Shown piece after piece: positions 22,688 to 32,000 of a stretch of DNA of 32,000 nucleotides (position 1 is its first letter; each line of letters opens with the position of its first letter). Source of the DNA: Candidatus Methanoperedens sp. (GTDB lineage Archaea > Halobacteriota > Methanosarcinia > Methanosarcinales > Methanoperedenaceae); the NCBI GenBank assembly GCA_041494705.1, contig JBGQBI010000004.1, positions 210,001 through 242,000 of the forward strand, in the 5' to 3' direction. A program made the position numbers and the translations under genes. Under the pieces are notes generated by a model. It was not told where the DNA came from. It was given only the letters and a program-made list of their open reading frames with translations, and did not search any database.

Positions 22688-23245
22688 ATGAGATTCAAAA
22701 TCCTCCCAGACCCGATAAAATACGACGGCTCCCAGATAGCTCCGCTCTGGGCGTACAGCATGGGAATAAAAGGCGATTCCATCGTCTGCTTCCATGGTCC
22801 CATGGACGTTACATTTGAGAATATGAAAGACCTCGAGGATGAAAAAGCCGGGAAAACCATAAAGGGCGATGATTTGCTCCATATTATTGTGGAAAGGTTC
22901 GATTCCCCTGCGAGTATGCGTCTTTCCTACCACATGCAGCGCCTCCTCATTATCTGCATAAAGGAAGTACTTGAGAAGCACGGGGTGAAAACTACCAGGA
23001 ACGGCGACGACCTTTTTATCGATGACAGGAAGCTCACTGTGAGCATTGCCAGCGCAGGAGTCGCGAGCGAGAAGATTCACTGCGGGATAAATATCACTAC
23101 AAAAGGGACGCCCCGCGATGTCAAGACTGCTGCCCTTCTTGATTTCGGATTGGACTGGAAACCTATCGCAGAGGAGATTTCCCGAACCTTTTTGCATGAA
23201 ATTGAGGATATCGAAGGCGACATTACTAAAACAAAAAGTCTATGA
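22688..23245 (+). CDS. Conserved archaeal protein (DUF366-like), function unknown
   Basis: 185 aa with globular, coding-like composition. The family assignment is from memory only. Confidence 0.6.
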   Translation: MRFKILPDPIKYDGSQIAPLWAYSMGIKGDSIVCFHGPMDVTFENMKDLEDEKAGKTIKGDDLLHIIVERFDSPASMRLSYHMQRLLIICIKEVLEKHGVKTTRNGDDLFIDDRKLTVSIASAGVASEKIHCGINITTKGTPRDVKTAALLDFGLDWKPIAEEISRTFLHEIEDIEGDITKTKSL

Positions 23246-23466
23246 CTGATATAATCAAAATTGGATTGGCCTTAATACTGACAGGTTTTGCCCTGGTTTT
23301 CATAGGATTCATTCTATCAGCCCGAAATGCAAATTTTGCAGGACTTGTCATGATTGGCCCTATACCCATTGCATTCGGGTCATCGCCTGGCATTACGTTG
23401 ATTGCGATGGTTATTGGTCTGTTACTGATGCTTGCTTACTTTATGCTCGGGAGGAGAAATGCCTGA
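23242..23466 (+). CDS. Small membrane protein, DUF131/TIGR00304-like
   Basis: It has two TM helices and the motif MIGPIPIAFGSSP. Confidence 0.65.
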   Translation: MTDIIKIGLALILTGFALVFIGFILSARNANFAGLVMIGPIPIAFGSSPGITLIAMVIGLLLMLAYFMLGRRNA

Positions 23467-23722
23467 TTGGACTTTCCTGATAATAGCCGGGAGCTTCCTA
23501 ATAATCCTGGGATTTCTTCTGGTTGCTTTTGGCATGATGGGGAAGGAAGGGTCGGATGAGGAAAGACCTGCCGGGACGGGCAAAGAAACCAAAGTAAAAG
23601 GCGGAGGTGTGATACTTATCGGTCCTGTACCTCTTGTTTTTGGCACCGATAAAAGATATGCGCTGCTCATGATGATTTTAGCGATTGTGTTGATGCTTCT
23701 GGCGATAACATTTCTGAAATAG
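23459..23722 (+). CDS. Small membrane protein, DUF131/TIGR00304-like paralogue
   Basis: The ATG at 23459 follows GGGAGGAG. It has the motif LIGPVPLVFGTDK and overlaps the upstream paralogue by 8 nt. Confidence 0.65.
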   Translation: MPDWTFLIIAGSFLIILGFLLVAFGMMGKEGSDEERPAGTGKETKVKGGGVILIGPVPLVFGTDKRYALLMMILAIVLMLLAITFLK

Positions 23723-23775
23723 ATGAATACATTAATAAATAATCAAACCATTAGATAGCCGAGGAAAGGTAACCA

Positions 23776-24693
23776 ATGGTGGAAGATATCGGAAAAATCA
23801 TAAGCAACGGATTTGAAACGTATTCTAAGAATCTCAATCTGGGCATTCCTTTTGCCCTGAATGTAATAATAACTAGCCTGCTTGCATTCATCGTACTCGG
23901 TTTTGGGTTTTTAAATATTTTTGGCCCGTCATTATCCACCCTTGAAAATGCCGCCACCCCACAGGAAGTCCTGTTGATTATTATTCCCCTGGTAATAACA
24001 CATCTTGCTCAAATTATTATTCTGCTCATCACGTTTTTTTTAATTTCCCTGACCATCGAGTCGTTCTTTAATGCAGGCGCTATCGGAATGGCACGACAGG
24101 CCACGGAAACAGGAAAAACCGGGCTTACCGCGATGGTAGAAGCAGGAAAAAAGAACGTTGTGAACCTCTTCCTGGCCGATGTCCTTGTCGGGCTGCTTTC
24201 CCTTGCGGGCATAGTGTTCATGGTGCCCGGTGCTTTGAAATTTGATATCAATCAACTCTTATTCCCTGAAAAAACCGGCGCGCCGCTTTTGTTGATTGCA
24301 GGGATTTTACTGTGGGTATTATATCTGCTTATTTTAGGTCTTGTACTTGCTGTTTTCAGGTATGCCCTGGTAGTGGATAATCTCGAACCCATAGACGGCA
24401 TAGTCACAGGTTTTAATTTTTTTAAGAAAAATAAATCCGAGGTGTTCGTTCTGTGGCTTATTTTGGGTATAATTATTGTCGCTATCACAATTATCGGGGA
24501 ATTAATGAGATTCTCTCCTGTTATGAATCTCATCTGGCCGCTGGTCAATGCACTCGTAAGCGTTTTCGTTGTTGCTCCGCTAACCACAGTATTCTGGGTT
24601 CGACTGTATATGACACGAACAGGTAAAGAGGTCTATTTCAACGATTTACTCGCTCACCCGAATGACCTTGCAAAGCTCAAATCTGAGCAATAA
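23776..24693 (+). CDS. Polytopic membrane protein, function unknown
   Basis: 305 aa with about 6-7 hydrophobic helices. Confidence 0.7.
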   Translation: MVEDIGKIISNGFETYSKNLNLGIPFALNVIITSLLAFIVLGFGFLNIFGPSLSTLENAATPQEVLLIIIPLVITHLAQIIILLITFFLISLTIESFFNAGAIGMARQATETGKTGLTAMVEAGKKNVVNLFLADVLVGLLSLAGIVFMVPGALKFDINQLLFPEKTGAPLLLIAGILLWVLYLLILGLVLAVFRYALVVDNLEPIDGIVTGFNFFKKNKSEVFVLWLILGIIIVAITIIGELMRFSPVMNLIWPLVNALVSVFVVAPLTTVFWVRLYMTRTGKEVYFNDLLAHPNDLAKLKSEQ

Positions 24694-24726
24694 TGATGAA
24701 TCGCTGCGCTTTCGCGGGTCTTGAAA

Positions 24727-24798
24727 AACCACAGAGAACGCAGAGGACACGGAGAAAAAAAATAACAAATCTCTGTGATCTCTGTGTCCTCCGTGGTT
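24727..24798 (+). repeat. CCACAGAG hairpin repeat, copy 2
   Basis: It is nearly identical to copy 1 in the same orientation. It lies between convergent genes. Confidence 0.85.
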
Positions 24799-24835
24799 AA
24801 TTAGTGGTCTGTAAATTTACATGCACTGAAAAACC

Positions 24836-25996
24836 CTAAAGTTTCTCTATAAATGCCTCAATCCTAGCAAGCGCCTTTACAAGTTCCTCATACGATGTTG
24901 CATAGGAGCACCGCAGATACCCTTCGCCGCATTCCCCGAATACGTTGCCTGGGACAACAGCCACTTTCTCTTCTTTCAAAAGCCTGCCTGCGAACTCTTC
25001 CGAAGTCAATCCCGTGCTTTTTATTGAGGGGAAAGCATAGAATGCTCCTTTTGGCTCAAAACAATCTAACCCGAGTTTATTCAATCCCCTGACAACCAGG
25101 CGGCGTCTGCGGTTATATTCCCTGACCATCTTTTGCATCTCCCCGTCGCCGTTCTTGAGAGCCTCTATCGCTCCCATCTGTGCTGTAATCGGCGCGCAGA
25201 GCATTGCATACTGGTGGATTTTCGTCATGGCTGCGATGAATTCCTCGCTTCCTGCAGCATAACCAAGGCGCAAACCTGTCATGGCATGCGATTTTGAAAA
25301 CCCGTTCAAAATAATGCTTCTCTCTTTCATCCCTGAGAGTGAGGAAAAACAGGTATGTGCGCCATCGTAGGTCAATCTGGCATACACCTCGTCCGAGATT
25401 ACGGCGATGTCATTTTCATTGACAACATCAGCTATCTCTTCAAGGTCTTTTTTTCCCATGACGGCACCCGTGGGATTGTTTGGGTAACTCAACACAAGCG
25501 CCTTTGTTTTTTTTGTGATGCTTTTTTCAATCTGGTCTGCCGTGACCCTGAACTCATCATCCCTGTATGTGGGCACGGGGACAGGTACACCGCCTGCGAG
25601 TGAAACACTGGGTTTATATGAAACGTAGCAGGGCTCAGGGATTATTACTTCATCACCCGGGTTTGTTACTGCCCTGAACGCAAGGTCTGCCGCTTCACTT
25701 ACTCCTGTTGTAACAAGAATCTCATTTTTCGGGTTATAATCGATCCCATAATCCTTCATGTAGCTTTTTGAAATCAGTTCCCTCAATTCCAGGAGCCCGA
25801 GGTTTGATGTGTAGGATGTGAAACCTTTTTCAAGCGAGTAGATGCATGCTTCCCTGATATGCCACGGGGTGACAAAATCCGGCTCTCCCACGCCAAGTGA
25901 GATTACATCGTCCATTTCAAGTACGAGGTCAAAGAATTTCCGTATCCCGGATGGGGGAATTTCCTTTACCTTTTCAGATATGAATTTTCCTGGCAT
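24836..25996 (-). CDS. Class I/II PLP-dependent aminotransferase (aspartate aminotransferase-like)
   Basis: It contains SGIRKFFDL, NPTGAV and the PLP-lysine motif SKSHAMTGLRLGY. The ATG at 25996 lies 4 nt after the Lrp stop. Confidence 0.85.
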   Translation of the reverse strand: MPGKFISEKVKEIPPSGIRKFFDLVLEMDDVISLGVGEPDFVTPWHIREACIYSLEKGFTSYTSNLGLLELRELISKSYMKDYGIDYNPKNEILVTTGVSEAADLAFRAVTNPGDEVIIPEPCYVSYKPSVSLAGGVPVPVPTYRDDEFRVTADQIEKSITKKTKALVLSYPNNPTGAVMGKKDLEEIADVVNENDIAVISDEVYARLTYDGAHTCFSSLSGMKERSIILNGFSKSHAMTGLRLGYAAGSEEFIAAMTKIHQYAMLCAPITAQMGAIEALKNGDGEMQKMVREYNRRRRLVVRGLNKLGLDCFEPKGAFYAFPSIKSTGLTSEEFAGRLLKEEKVAVVPGNVFGECGEGYLRCSYATSYEELVKALARIEAFIEKL

Positions 25997-26000
25997 GACT

Positions 26001-26480
26001 TCACGGGGATACAGCAAGGCGTTCTGAACGTTCTTTTTCAAACAGGACATCTCCATCCTCCTTGTATGTGCGCAGTACAAAATGCGTTACTGTTCCCTGC
26101 ACCTGTTCAAGCGTGGCTATTTTTTCAGCTACAAAAAAGGCTACGTCTTTCATGGACTTTCCGCGCACTGTAAGAGAGAGGTCGTGGTCTCCTGAAATGA
26201 GGCGGACTGACCTTACTTCCGGGAACTTCGCAATCCGCTCTGCGATGGCGTCGTAGCCTGTCCTTGAGCGCAGCGCGACCTTTAGCTCGATGATGGCATA
26301 CACGTATTCCTCGCCAGCCTTCTCCCAGTCGATGACTGTCTTATATTTCCTTATTATCCCCTTTTTTTCCATCTGTTTGATTTTTGAGGCGACGGCTGCT
26401 TCTGTGCTTCCTGTCATGGTTGCAATTTCTTTAAGCGCTATTCTAGGATTGCTTTCCAGTATCTCGAGTATTTCTTTCAT
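26001..26480 (-). CDS. Lrp/AsnC-family transcriptional regulator
   Basis: It has an N-terminal HTH (LKEIATMTGSTEAAVASKIKQMEKKGII) and a C-terminal RAM-like domain. Confidence 0.85.
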   Translation of the reverse strand: MKEILEILESNPRIALKEIATMTGSTEAAVASKIKQMEKKGIIRKYKTVIDWEKAGEEYVYAIIELKVALRSRTGYDAIAERIAKFPEVRSVRLISGDHDLSLTVRGKSMKDVAFFVAEKIATLEQVQGTVTHFVLRTYKEDGDVLFEKERSERLAVSP

Positions 26481-26580
26481 TGTCGTGCCTCGCCGTTTTC
26501 CTATGCTTTATGGGTTAATAGGTTTTGTGTTCTTCTGCTTTCCAAAGCTTTTTATTGATATACCCTATCTTGTAGGGGAT

Positions 26581-27222
26581 ATGAGGGCGGTCATCCCATT
26601 CAAGAAAAACAATGCCAAATCAAGATTAAAAACCCTGCTTTCCGAAAAAGAGCGCGAGGGGCTTGCAATGGCAATGCTCAACGACGTCGCGGAAGCTTTG
26701 CTCTCCTCCGGGTGCTTTTCGGTAGTTGATATTTTATCCACCGCTGTCGTTGAAGTTAATGGTGCAAATCTGGTGCTGACTGAGAAAGGTTTGAATGAAG
26801 CCCTGAATGAATACCTGCAAAAAATGTCATCCCATTCCATAAACGGGCCGGTTCTGATAATAATGGCTGATATTCCGCTTGTTTCGATAAAAAACATCAG
26901 GGATATTGTAAACACTTCTTCCGACCTTGTGATTGTTCCGGGGAGAATGGGCGGCACCAATGCCTTGTTTATCCGCGAACCCTCCAGTTTCCACGTTGAT
27001 TATTACGGCGCAAGTTTCTTAAAACACATGGATATCGCATCCAGAAACGGTCTTGATGTTCTGGTTTTTGACTCTTTTAACCTCAGCACCGATATCGATG
27101 AGGTCGCTGACCTTGCCGAGGTTTTGCTTCACGGGAAAGGGCACGCGCTCCGTTATCTTAAAAGCCTGGGGTTTGGCATCATGGAAAATAATGGACGCGT
27201 CGGGGTGAAACGGGGAATTTGA
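26581..27222 (+). CDS. cofC: 2-phospho-L-lactate guanylyltransferase (F420 biosynthesis)
   Basis: It starts MRAVIPFKKNNAKSRL and contains ADIPLV and GGTNAL. The longer track ORF (from 26290) is an antisense run-on into the Lrp gene. Confidence 0.8.
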   Translation: MRAVIPFKKNNAKSRLKTLLSEKEREGLAMAMLNDVAEALLSSGCFSVVDILSTAVVEVNGANLVLTEKGLNEALNEYLQKMSSHSINGPVLIIMADIPLVSIKNIRDIVNTSSDLVIVPGRMGGTNALFIREPSSFHVDYYGASFLKHMDIASRNGLDVLVFDSFNLSTDIDEVADLAEVLLHGKGHALRYLKSLGFGIMENNGRVGVKRGI

Positions 27223-27268
27223 GATTTTTTAATTTCTTTTGGGTAAACGAATTCAGGCAAGGATAATC

Positions 27269-27338
27269 AACCACAGAGCACACGGAGAGCACAGAGAGTT
27301 GCCGCTTTTCTGGAGTGTCCTCTGTGCTCTCTGTGGTT
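27269..27338 (-). repeat. CCACAGAG hairpin repeat, copy 3 (inverted orientation)
   Basis: Its reverse complement aligns with copies 1 and 2 (aaaaaccacagagaGcAcagaggacac...tctctgtgctctc). It lies 46 nt after the cofC stop. Confidence 0.8.
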
Positions 27339-27437
27339 TTTCAAACCAGAAAATAATAAAAAGTCTCGGGAATTCCAAGGATAAAGATAAATGGCACAAA
27401 GTATAATATCTCCTATTATAAGGAAGAATAACAATTT

Positions 27438-28334
27438 ATGCAGCTTGAAAATCTAAGACACGGCACAGAACTCATAAAGCGCGGTTTTGCGAAGATGCAA
27501 AAAGGTGGGGTAATCATGGATGTCACAACGCCAGAGGAAGCCCTAATAGCGGAAAGAGCAGGCGCGGTGGCTGTGATGGCGCTGCACCAGGTGCCTGCCG
27601 ATATCAGGAAAGCAGGCGGGGTTGCAAGAATGGCTGACCCGCAGGTGATTGCGGCTATAATTGATTCTGTTACCATACCTGTGATGGCAAAAGCGCGCAT
27701 CGGGCACTTTGTAGAGGCTGAAATCCTGGAGGCGCTTGGTGTTGACATGGTGGATGAGTCCGAGGTGCTCACGCCTGCGGATGAGAGCTTCCATATCGAC
27801 AAGACCGGATTCACCATACCTTTTGTATGCGGCGCAAGGGATTTAGGCGAGGCGCTTCGCAGGATAAACGAAGGCGCGGCAATGATACGGACAAAGGGAG
27901 AAGCCGGAACTGGAGACGTGAAAGAGGCTGTGAGGCACATGCGGGCAATCATGGGCGCAATAAGGGAGCTTAAAGGTAAAAGCCAGGAAGAACTGATAGC
28001 AGTTGCGCGCAAAATCGAAGCCCCGATTGAGCTTGTAAAAGAAACTGCAAAACTGGAGAGACTTCCTGTGGTGAACTTCGCCGCGGGTGGCATTGCCACG
28101 CCAGCCGATGCGGCATTGATGATGCGTCTTGGTGCGGATGGGGTTTTTGTGGGTTCGGGTATATTCAAGGCTGAGAACCCGGAAAAGATGGCTTCAGCTA
28201 TTGTCGAGGCTGTGAATAATTATGATAATCCTTCCGTGCTTGCCGAGATTTCAAAGGGACTTGGCGGTGCAATGAAAGGCATCGATATCAGGAGCCTCAC
28301 GGAGAAGGAAGTGCTCCAGGCGCGCGGCTGGTAG
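27438..28334 (+). CDS. pdxS: Pyridoxal 5'-phosphate synthase lyase subunit
   Basis: It contains [33 protein letters not shown] and KGEAGTG. Confidence 0.95.
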   Translation: MQLENLRHGTELIKRGFAKMQKGGVIMDVTTPEEALIAERAGAVAVMALHQVPADIRKAGGVARMADPQVIAAIIDSVTIPVMAKARIGHFVEAEILEALGVDMVDESEVLTPADESFHIDKTGFTIPFVCGARDLGEALRRINEGAAMIRTKGEAGTGDVKEAVRHMRAIMGAIRELKGKSQEELIAVARKIEAPIELVKETAKLERLPVVNFAAGGIATPADAALMMRLGADGVFVGSGIFKAENPEKMASAIVEAVNNYDNPSVLAEISKGLGGAMKGIDIRSLTEKEVLQARGW

Positions 28335-28338
28335 GTTT

Positions 28339-28728
28339 TTACGTTCCCGCTTGCATTCTAATCTCCCGCCTTTTGTTATAGTCATAAGCTGCCACCCCGA
28401 TTATAATCCATATACCTGCAAAAATCACGGCATTTTGGTTAAGGTACAGGGCAAGAACAAAACAGCTCAACACTCCGAGCACGGGCGGCAGCGGGTATAA
28501 TGGCACTTTGAATTTGCGGTCTGCATCCGGCATTTTTTGCCGCAAGCGCACCACGCTTAAATTAATGAAAAAGTAAGTCATCATCGTCCCGAAATTGAAA
28601 ATAGAGGCAAGCCAGTCAAGATTGCCCTGCGCCGCTATGACAATCAGCGCGATTACAACCCCGCTTAACATTACTGTGGATGTGGGAACCCCGTTTTTTG
28701 ATATCCTTGCAAGCATACCCGGAATCAC
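28339..28728 (-). pseudogene. 3' remnant (about 129 codons) of an APC-family amino-acid permease
   Basis: The segment ISKNGVPTSTVMLSGVVIALIV...FNFGTMMTYFFINLSVVRLRQKMPD...FKVPLYPLPPVLG matches only the last 3-4 helices of APC transporters. No further ORF lies upstream. Confidence 0.65.
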
Positions 28729-28880
28729 GCGCTATGTTCCCCTCGCATCATTTGACGAACAAGTTGTAAATTTTACCAGACTTTATGAGTCTAGAGATTC
28801 TGAGATTGAAATCGGTCTTGACACGTTTGCAAAAAGATATATTCACAAGCCCGATTATTAACTATTCTTAGGAGATATAA

Positions 28881-29630
28881 TTGGAAACTATTATTGAGGT
28901 CAGGAATCTTACAAAGATTTTCTTATCAAGAAGAGCGAAAGTAATAGCGGTAGATGACATCAGTTTTGACGTAAACAAGGGTGAGATTTTTGGCATGATA
29001 GGGCCTAACGGCGCTGGCAAATCCACGATTTTTGCCATGATGTCCACATTAATAAAACCCACAAGCGGCAGTATAAAAGTTGCAGGATTTGATGTTGAAA
29101 AGGAGGATGACAGGATAAGGCCGATCATAGGTATAGTTCCCCAGCAGTACAGCCTTTACTCAGACCTGACCGCACGGGAAAACCTGGAACTCATGGGAAA
29201 CCTGTACGATGTTCCAAAAAAGGTCATGGAAGAAAGAGTAGAATACTATCTTAAGCTTGTCAATCTGGAGGCCCATGCTGACCGCTTCACAGGCCGCTTT
29301 TCCGGCGGAATGAAGCAGCGGCTCTCTGTAATCAGCGCCGTGATACATGACCCTGAAATAATTTTCTGGGATGAGCCAACGACCGGGCTTGACCCGCAGA
29401 CCAGGCAGGCAATCTGGAAACTTGCCCGGAAGTTCAATTCAGAAGGGAAAACTCTTATTTTCACGACCCATTATATGGAAGAGGCTGACAAACTCTGCGA
29501 CAGAGTCGCGATAATGAACTACGGTAAACTGATAGCCCTTGATACACCGGAAAACCTGAAACGAGCGTCGAACAGTGCAAATCTGGAAGATGTTTTCATA
29601 CATCTGACAGGTGCGGAGATACGCGATTAA
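28881..29630 (+). CDS. ABC transporter ATP-binding protein (ABC-2/DrrA-like)
   Basis: The TTG start lies 6 nt after AGGAG. It has Walker A GPNGAGKST, signature FSGGMKQRL and Walker B IIFWDEPTTGLD. Confidence 0.85.
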   Translation: METIIEVRNLTKIFLSRRAKVIAVDDISFDVNKGEIFGMIGPNGAGKSTIFAMMSTLIKPTSGSIKVAGFDVEKEDDRIRPIIGIVPQQYSLYSDLTARENLELMGNLYDVPKKVMEERVEYYLKLVNLEAHADRFTGRFSGGMKQRLSVISAVIHDPEIIFWDEPTTGLDPQTRQAIWKLARKFNSEGKTLIFTTHYMEEADKLCDRVAIMNYGKLIALDTPENLKRASNSANLEDVFIHLTGAEIRD

Positions 29631-29631
29631 A

Positions 29632-30744
29632 ATGAATATAAAAAGCGAACTTAAGAAATCCTGGATAATCATGATCAAGGAGTTCAGGCAGATTTTCAGG
29701 AAAAAGGCGCTCATGATCCCGCTGTTTGCGTTCCCGTTAATCATGATAATCTTTTTTGGCTACGGCATGGGCGGTACGGTCAAAAACGTAGACATTCTCA
29801 TCGTCAATGATGACACGGGTACAGCTTCAAGTTCCCTTGTCCAGCAAATCGGAAGTTTCATCCCCAAATATGGCGAAGTCAAGATGTTCTCGATAACTTA
29901 TACGAAGGATATGGGGCAATCCGAGGCAGAGAGGAAAATAGACGCAGGGTTGTATAAAGCAGTCCTTATCATCCCGCAGGATTACAGTGAACGCGTGGCA
30001 AGAAACGAGAGTGTGACCCTGACGCTGCTGACCGACTCCTCGGATACCACATCAAGCGGCATAATCATTAATTTCATGAAGCAGTTATTTGCAGGAACAT
30101 CAGGTTCGCTTATTTCGTTGAAGGTTCCTGATATCTACGGAAAACTGGAATACCTGGACTTCCTCACGCCTGCGGTAATTGCCCTGACTGTGTTCTTCGG
30201 TACCGTGCAGAGCACGGGATATGCGATAGCAGGAGAGCGGCAGGACGGCACCCTTGTTCGCATCATGATGACACCAGTCAGCCGGGGGGCCGTTATTCTC
30301 GGTAAAACCTTACATCAGCTTATATTGCAGCTTGCAAGGGCTGTGATCCTGATTCTCGGCGCGACCATTATTCTCGGGGTCACGATGAATGGAAGCTGGC
30401 TCCTTGTCGCCCTGGTGCTTATTGTCTTCACTTTTGGTGCGGTGGGTCTTGGGATTGCGATGTCCGCAATATCTGAGGATATGACCTCTTTCCAGCAGTT
30501 AAGCTTGATATTCACCATGCCTTCCATGTTTGCCACTGGTGTTTTCTATCCTTTGAGCTCGGTTCCTGACTGGATGCGCTGGATAGCCTATACCATGCCG
30601 CTGACGTTTGCTAACAATGCAATGCGTACTATCATGGTCAAGGGGCAGGGTTTGGCTTTTATAGCTGATGATTTGATTATACTTATTTTCTTTGCGATTT
30701 TTTATTTCGGTTTAGGCGTTTATCTTTTCAGGAGGGAAGTATAA
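29632..30744 (+). CDS. ABC-2-type transporter permease
   Basis: It has an N-terminal TM helix, a large extracytoplasmic loop, and five C-terminal TM helices. It starts 1 nt after the ATPase stop. Confidence 0.8.
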   Translation: MNIKSELKKSWIIMIKEFRQIFRKKALMIPLFAFPLIMIIFFGYGMGGTVKNVDILIVNDDTGTASSSLVQQIGSFIPKYGEVKMFSITYTKDMGQSEAERKIDAGLYKAVLIIPQDYSERVARNESVTLTLLTDSSDTTSSGIIINFMKQLFAGTSGSLISLKVPDIYGKLEYLDFLTPAVIALTVFFGTVQSTGYAIAGERQDGTLVRIMMTPVSRGAVILGKTLHQLILQLARAVILILGATIILGVTMNGSWLLVALVLIVFTFGAVGLGIAMSAISEDMTSFQQLSLIFTMPSMFATGVFYPLSSVPDWMRWIAYTMPLTFANNAMRTIMVKGQGLAFIADDLIILIFFAIFYFGLGVYLFRREV

Positions 30745-30746
30745 AA

Positions 30747-31736
30747 ATGAGAATGAAGAAAATTTTGATTATATGTTTCTTGTTGGTTGTTCTGGCGACA
30801 TGCGCCGCGGGCGCCGATGTTCCGGGCACGTATAATGTGCCCAGGAGCTTTGATTTTGGGGCACATTACTATTCTGCATATGGCAGCCCGGATATTAATG
30901 CTACCATTGTGGGCACCAATGAATTCGACAGGGACCAGACCATTACTTTATCCGTTGACTTAATGAACCGGGGCAAATTTTTAGGATTTGAGAGAGACCA
31001 TACCCCTGTAACCAATGATGAAATATATGCCGCCCAGACCGAAGTGAAGCTTGACGGCAGGATAGTTGATGCGACCGGTATAATTGCATCGCTTTCTGTA
31101 GACCCGGATAGCCCGCTTGAAGTCAAGTCTCCGGCCCAGCAGGTGGGTTCCATAAAAAGCGGAGAGAATACGCTTTCCCCAATAAAGTTCGATATAAAAA
31201 TCGCCAGGAAAGCAAAGGCCGGCGAATATAATCTCCGCTTGAATCTCACCTATGATTATCAGAAATATGTGCAGGTTTCGAATCCGAATGCAACCGCACA
31301 AACATATGATGCAAGCTACTGGTACGGGATGATGGCCCAGAACCAGACCCTGAAACTCAAGGTAAAAACACAGGCGGATTTCGAGGTCGTGCGAACCACA
31401 GGCAGCCTTTACGCCGGAAGGGAAGACGTTGTGGAAATAGCGATTAAAAATACGGGGGAGGAAGAAGCCAAAGATGCCAGGGCAATAATCAACCCCGGAG
31501 ACCCCCTGAGCACCACAGATGACCAGGCGTTCCTCTATACCATAAAGCCAGGCGATACGGTAGTTGCCAGTTATAAAATCAAGGCAGATAGCAAGGCCGT
31601 ACCCAAAACCTATGCAGTAGACACAGTGATAAGATACGAAAACCCGGACGGGGATATCAAGTATTCAAGCACCCTGCAGGCGCCTGTGGAAGTGAAAGAA
31701 CTGGGCTTTTTCCAGCGATTATTCGGATGGGTTTAG
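30747..31736 (+). CDS. Secreted protein with two CARDB/COG1361-like beta-sandwich domains
   Basis: It has a signal peptide KKILIICFLLVVLATCAAGA. There are two repeats of the pattern (D/E)xxTITLSVDLMNRG and EDVVEIAIKNTGEEEA, followed by K(A/V)xAGEY and KAVPKTY. Confidence 0.65.
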   Translation: MRMKKILIICFLLVVLATCAAGADVPGTYNVPRSFDFGAHYYSAYGSPDINATIVGTNEFDRDQTITLSVDLMNRGKFLGFERDHTPVTNDEIYAAQTEVKLDGRIVDATGIIASLSVDPDSPLEVKSPAQQVGSIKSGENTLSPIKFDIKIARKAKAGEYNLRLNLTYDYQKYVQVSNPNATAQTYDASYWYGMMAQNQTLKLKVKTQADFEVVRTTGSLYAGREDVVEIAIKNTGEEEAKDARAIINPGDPLSTTDDQAFLYTIKPGDTVVASYKIKADSKAVPKTYAVDTVIRYENPDGDIKYSSTLQAPVEVKELGFFQRLFGWV

Positions 31737-31782
31737 AGAGTAACCAGAAGGTTTTTATCCAGATTATCCTTTTTAGAATACC

Positions 31783-32000
31783 ATGGTGGATTTCGAAGAG
31801 ATTGAAGAGGTTTATAAAAGGCTTGAAGGGAAACTTACGCGTGACGAATTCAAGTCAAAGGTCGATGAAAAAGTAACAATGATGAACGGTCTTTGCGACT
31901 CAAAGACCGCCGCGATGCTCGTTGCAAGCGAGATGGGGTTAAACGAAACAGTTAAAATCAAGGACATTGCAGCTGATAAGAGTAATGTTGTCTTTATCGC
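31783..32000 (+). CDS. Replication protein A-like ssDNA-binding protein, 5' part (runs off the window)
   Basis: The N-terminal pattern is MVDFEEIEEVYKRLEGKLTRDEFKSKVDEKVTMMNGLCDSKTAAMLVASEMGL. I recall this pattern from archaeal RPA/OB-fold proteins. Confidence 0.5.
   Translation, partial: MVDFEEIEEVYKRLEGKLTRDEFKSKVDEKVTMMNGLCDSKTAAMLVASEMGLNETVKIKDIAADKSNVVFI

Noticed and set aside
22613-23197. 194-aa minus-strand ORF
   Set aside because: It overlaps the + strand 185-aa gene. The + strand product has a globular, conserved-looking sequence and tight spacing with its neighbours, whereas the minus ORF also overlaps the pyrG 3' end.
26290-26580. 5' extension of the cofC ORF
   Set aside because: The extension is antisense to the Lrp gene and is hydrophobic low-complexity sequence. 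The CofC similarity starts at MRAVIPFK (26581).
27416-28168. 250-aa minus-strand ORF
   Set aside because: It is antisense to pdxS. Its Ala/Ser/Pro-rich translation is typical of the reverse strand of a GC-rich coding region.

Overview
The window is an archaeal chromosomal segment with about 45 genes on both strands. I infer a Methanosarcinales-type methanogen or ANME from gene content: a tandem DUF1608-type S-layer protein, cofC, TFS and a DRG GTPase.

Recognisable content, in order:
- a hicBA toxin-antitoxin pair
- a DsrE/F/H-like trio followed by two TusA genes
- the S-layer gene
- tRNA-Cys
- a redox/sulfite island: rubrerythrin plus a small siroheme sulfite reductase, a hemerythrin, and an ArsR-V4R regulator
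- a pstSCAB operon
- a housekeeping block: M20 peptidase, DRG, NUDIX, TFS, leuD-like, pcm, pyrG, aminotransferase with an Lrp regulator, cofC and pdxS
- an ABC-2 exporter with a secreted beta-sandwich protein
- the 5' end of an RPA-like gene

No transposase, integrase, CRISPR array or rRNA gene was seen.

The main signals that ordinary annotation does not explain are:
1. Five clear copies, plus one degenerate copy, of a conserved translation-start module. Its only Shine-Dalgarno-linked ATG is one nucleotide out of frame with the real downstream ORF. This could be a prfB-like +1 frameshift at YTT-TGY, or non-AUG initiation.
2. A roughly 300-nt run of 11 perfect hairpins fills the pstA-pstB gap and still keeps one reading frame open.
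3. PstB carries a C-terminal TusA-like domain.
4. A 24-nt palindromic operator sits in front of both the rubrerythrin-sulfite reductase operon and the ArsR-V4R gene. A decayed arsR fragment lies beside the first copy.
5. Two 70-bp direct repeats exactly 2200 bp apart bracket the DsrE/TusA cassette. The second copy lies just upstream of the S-layer gene.
6. A three-member family of about 70-nt CCACAGAG hairpin repeats sits at gene 3' ends.
7. The tRNA-Cys has A instead of the conserved U33.

All functional calls come from motif recognition by eye. No database search was run.
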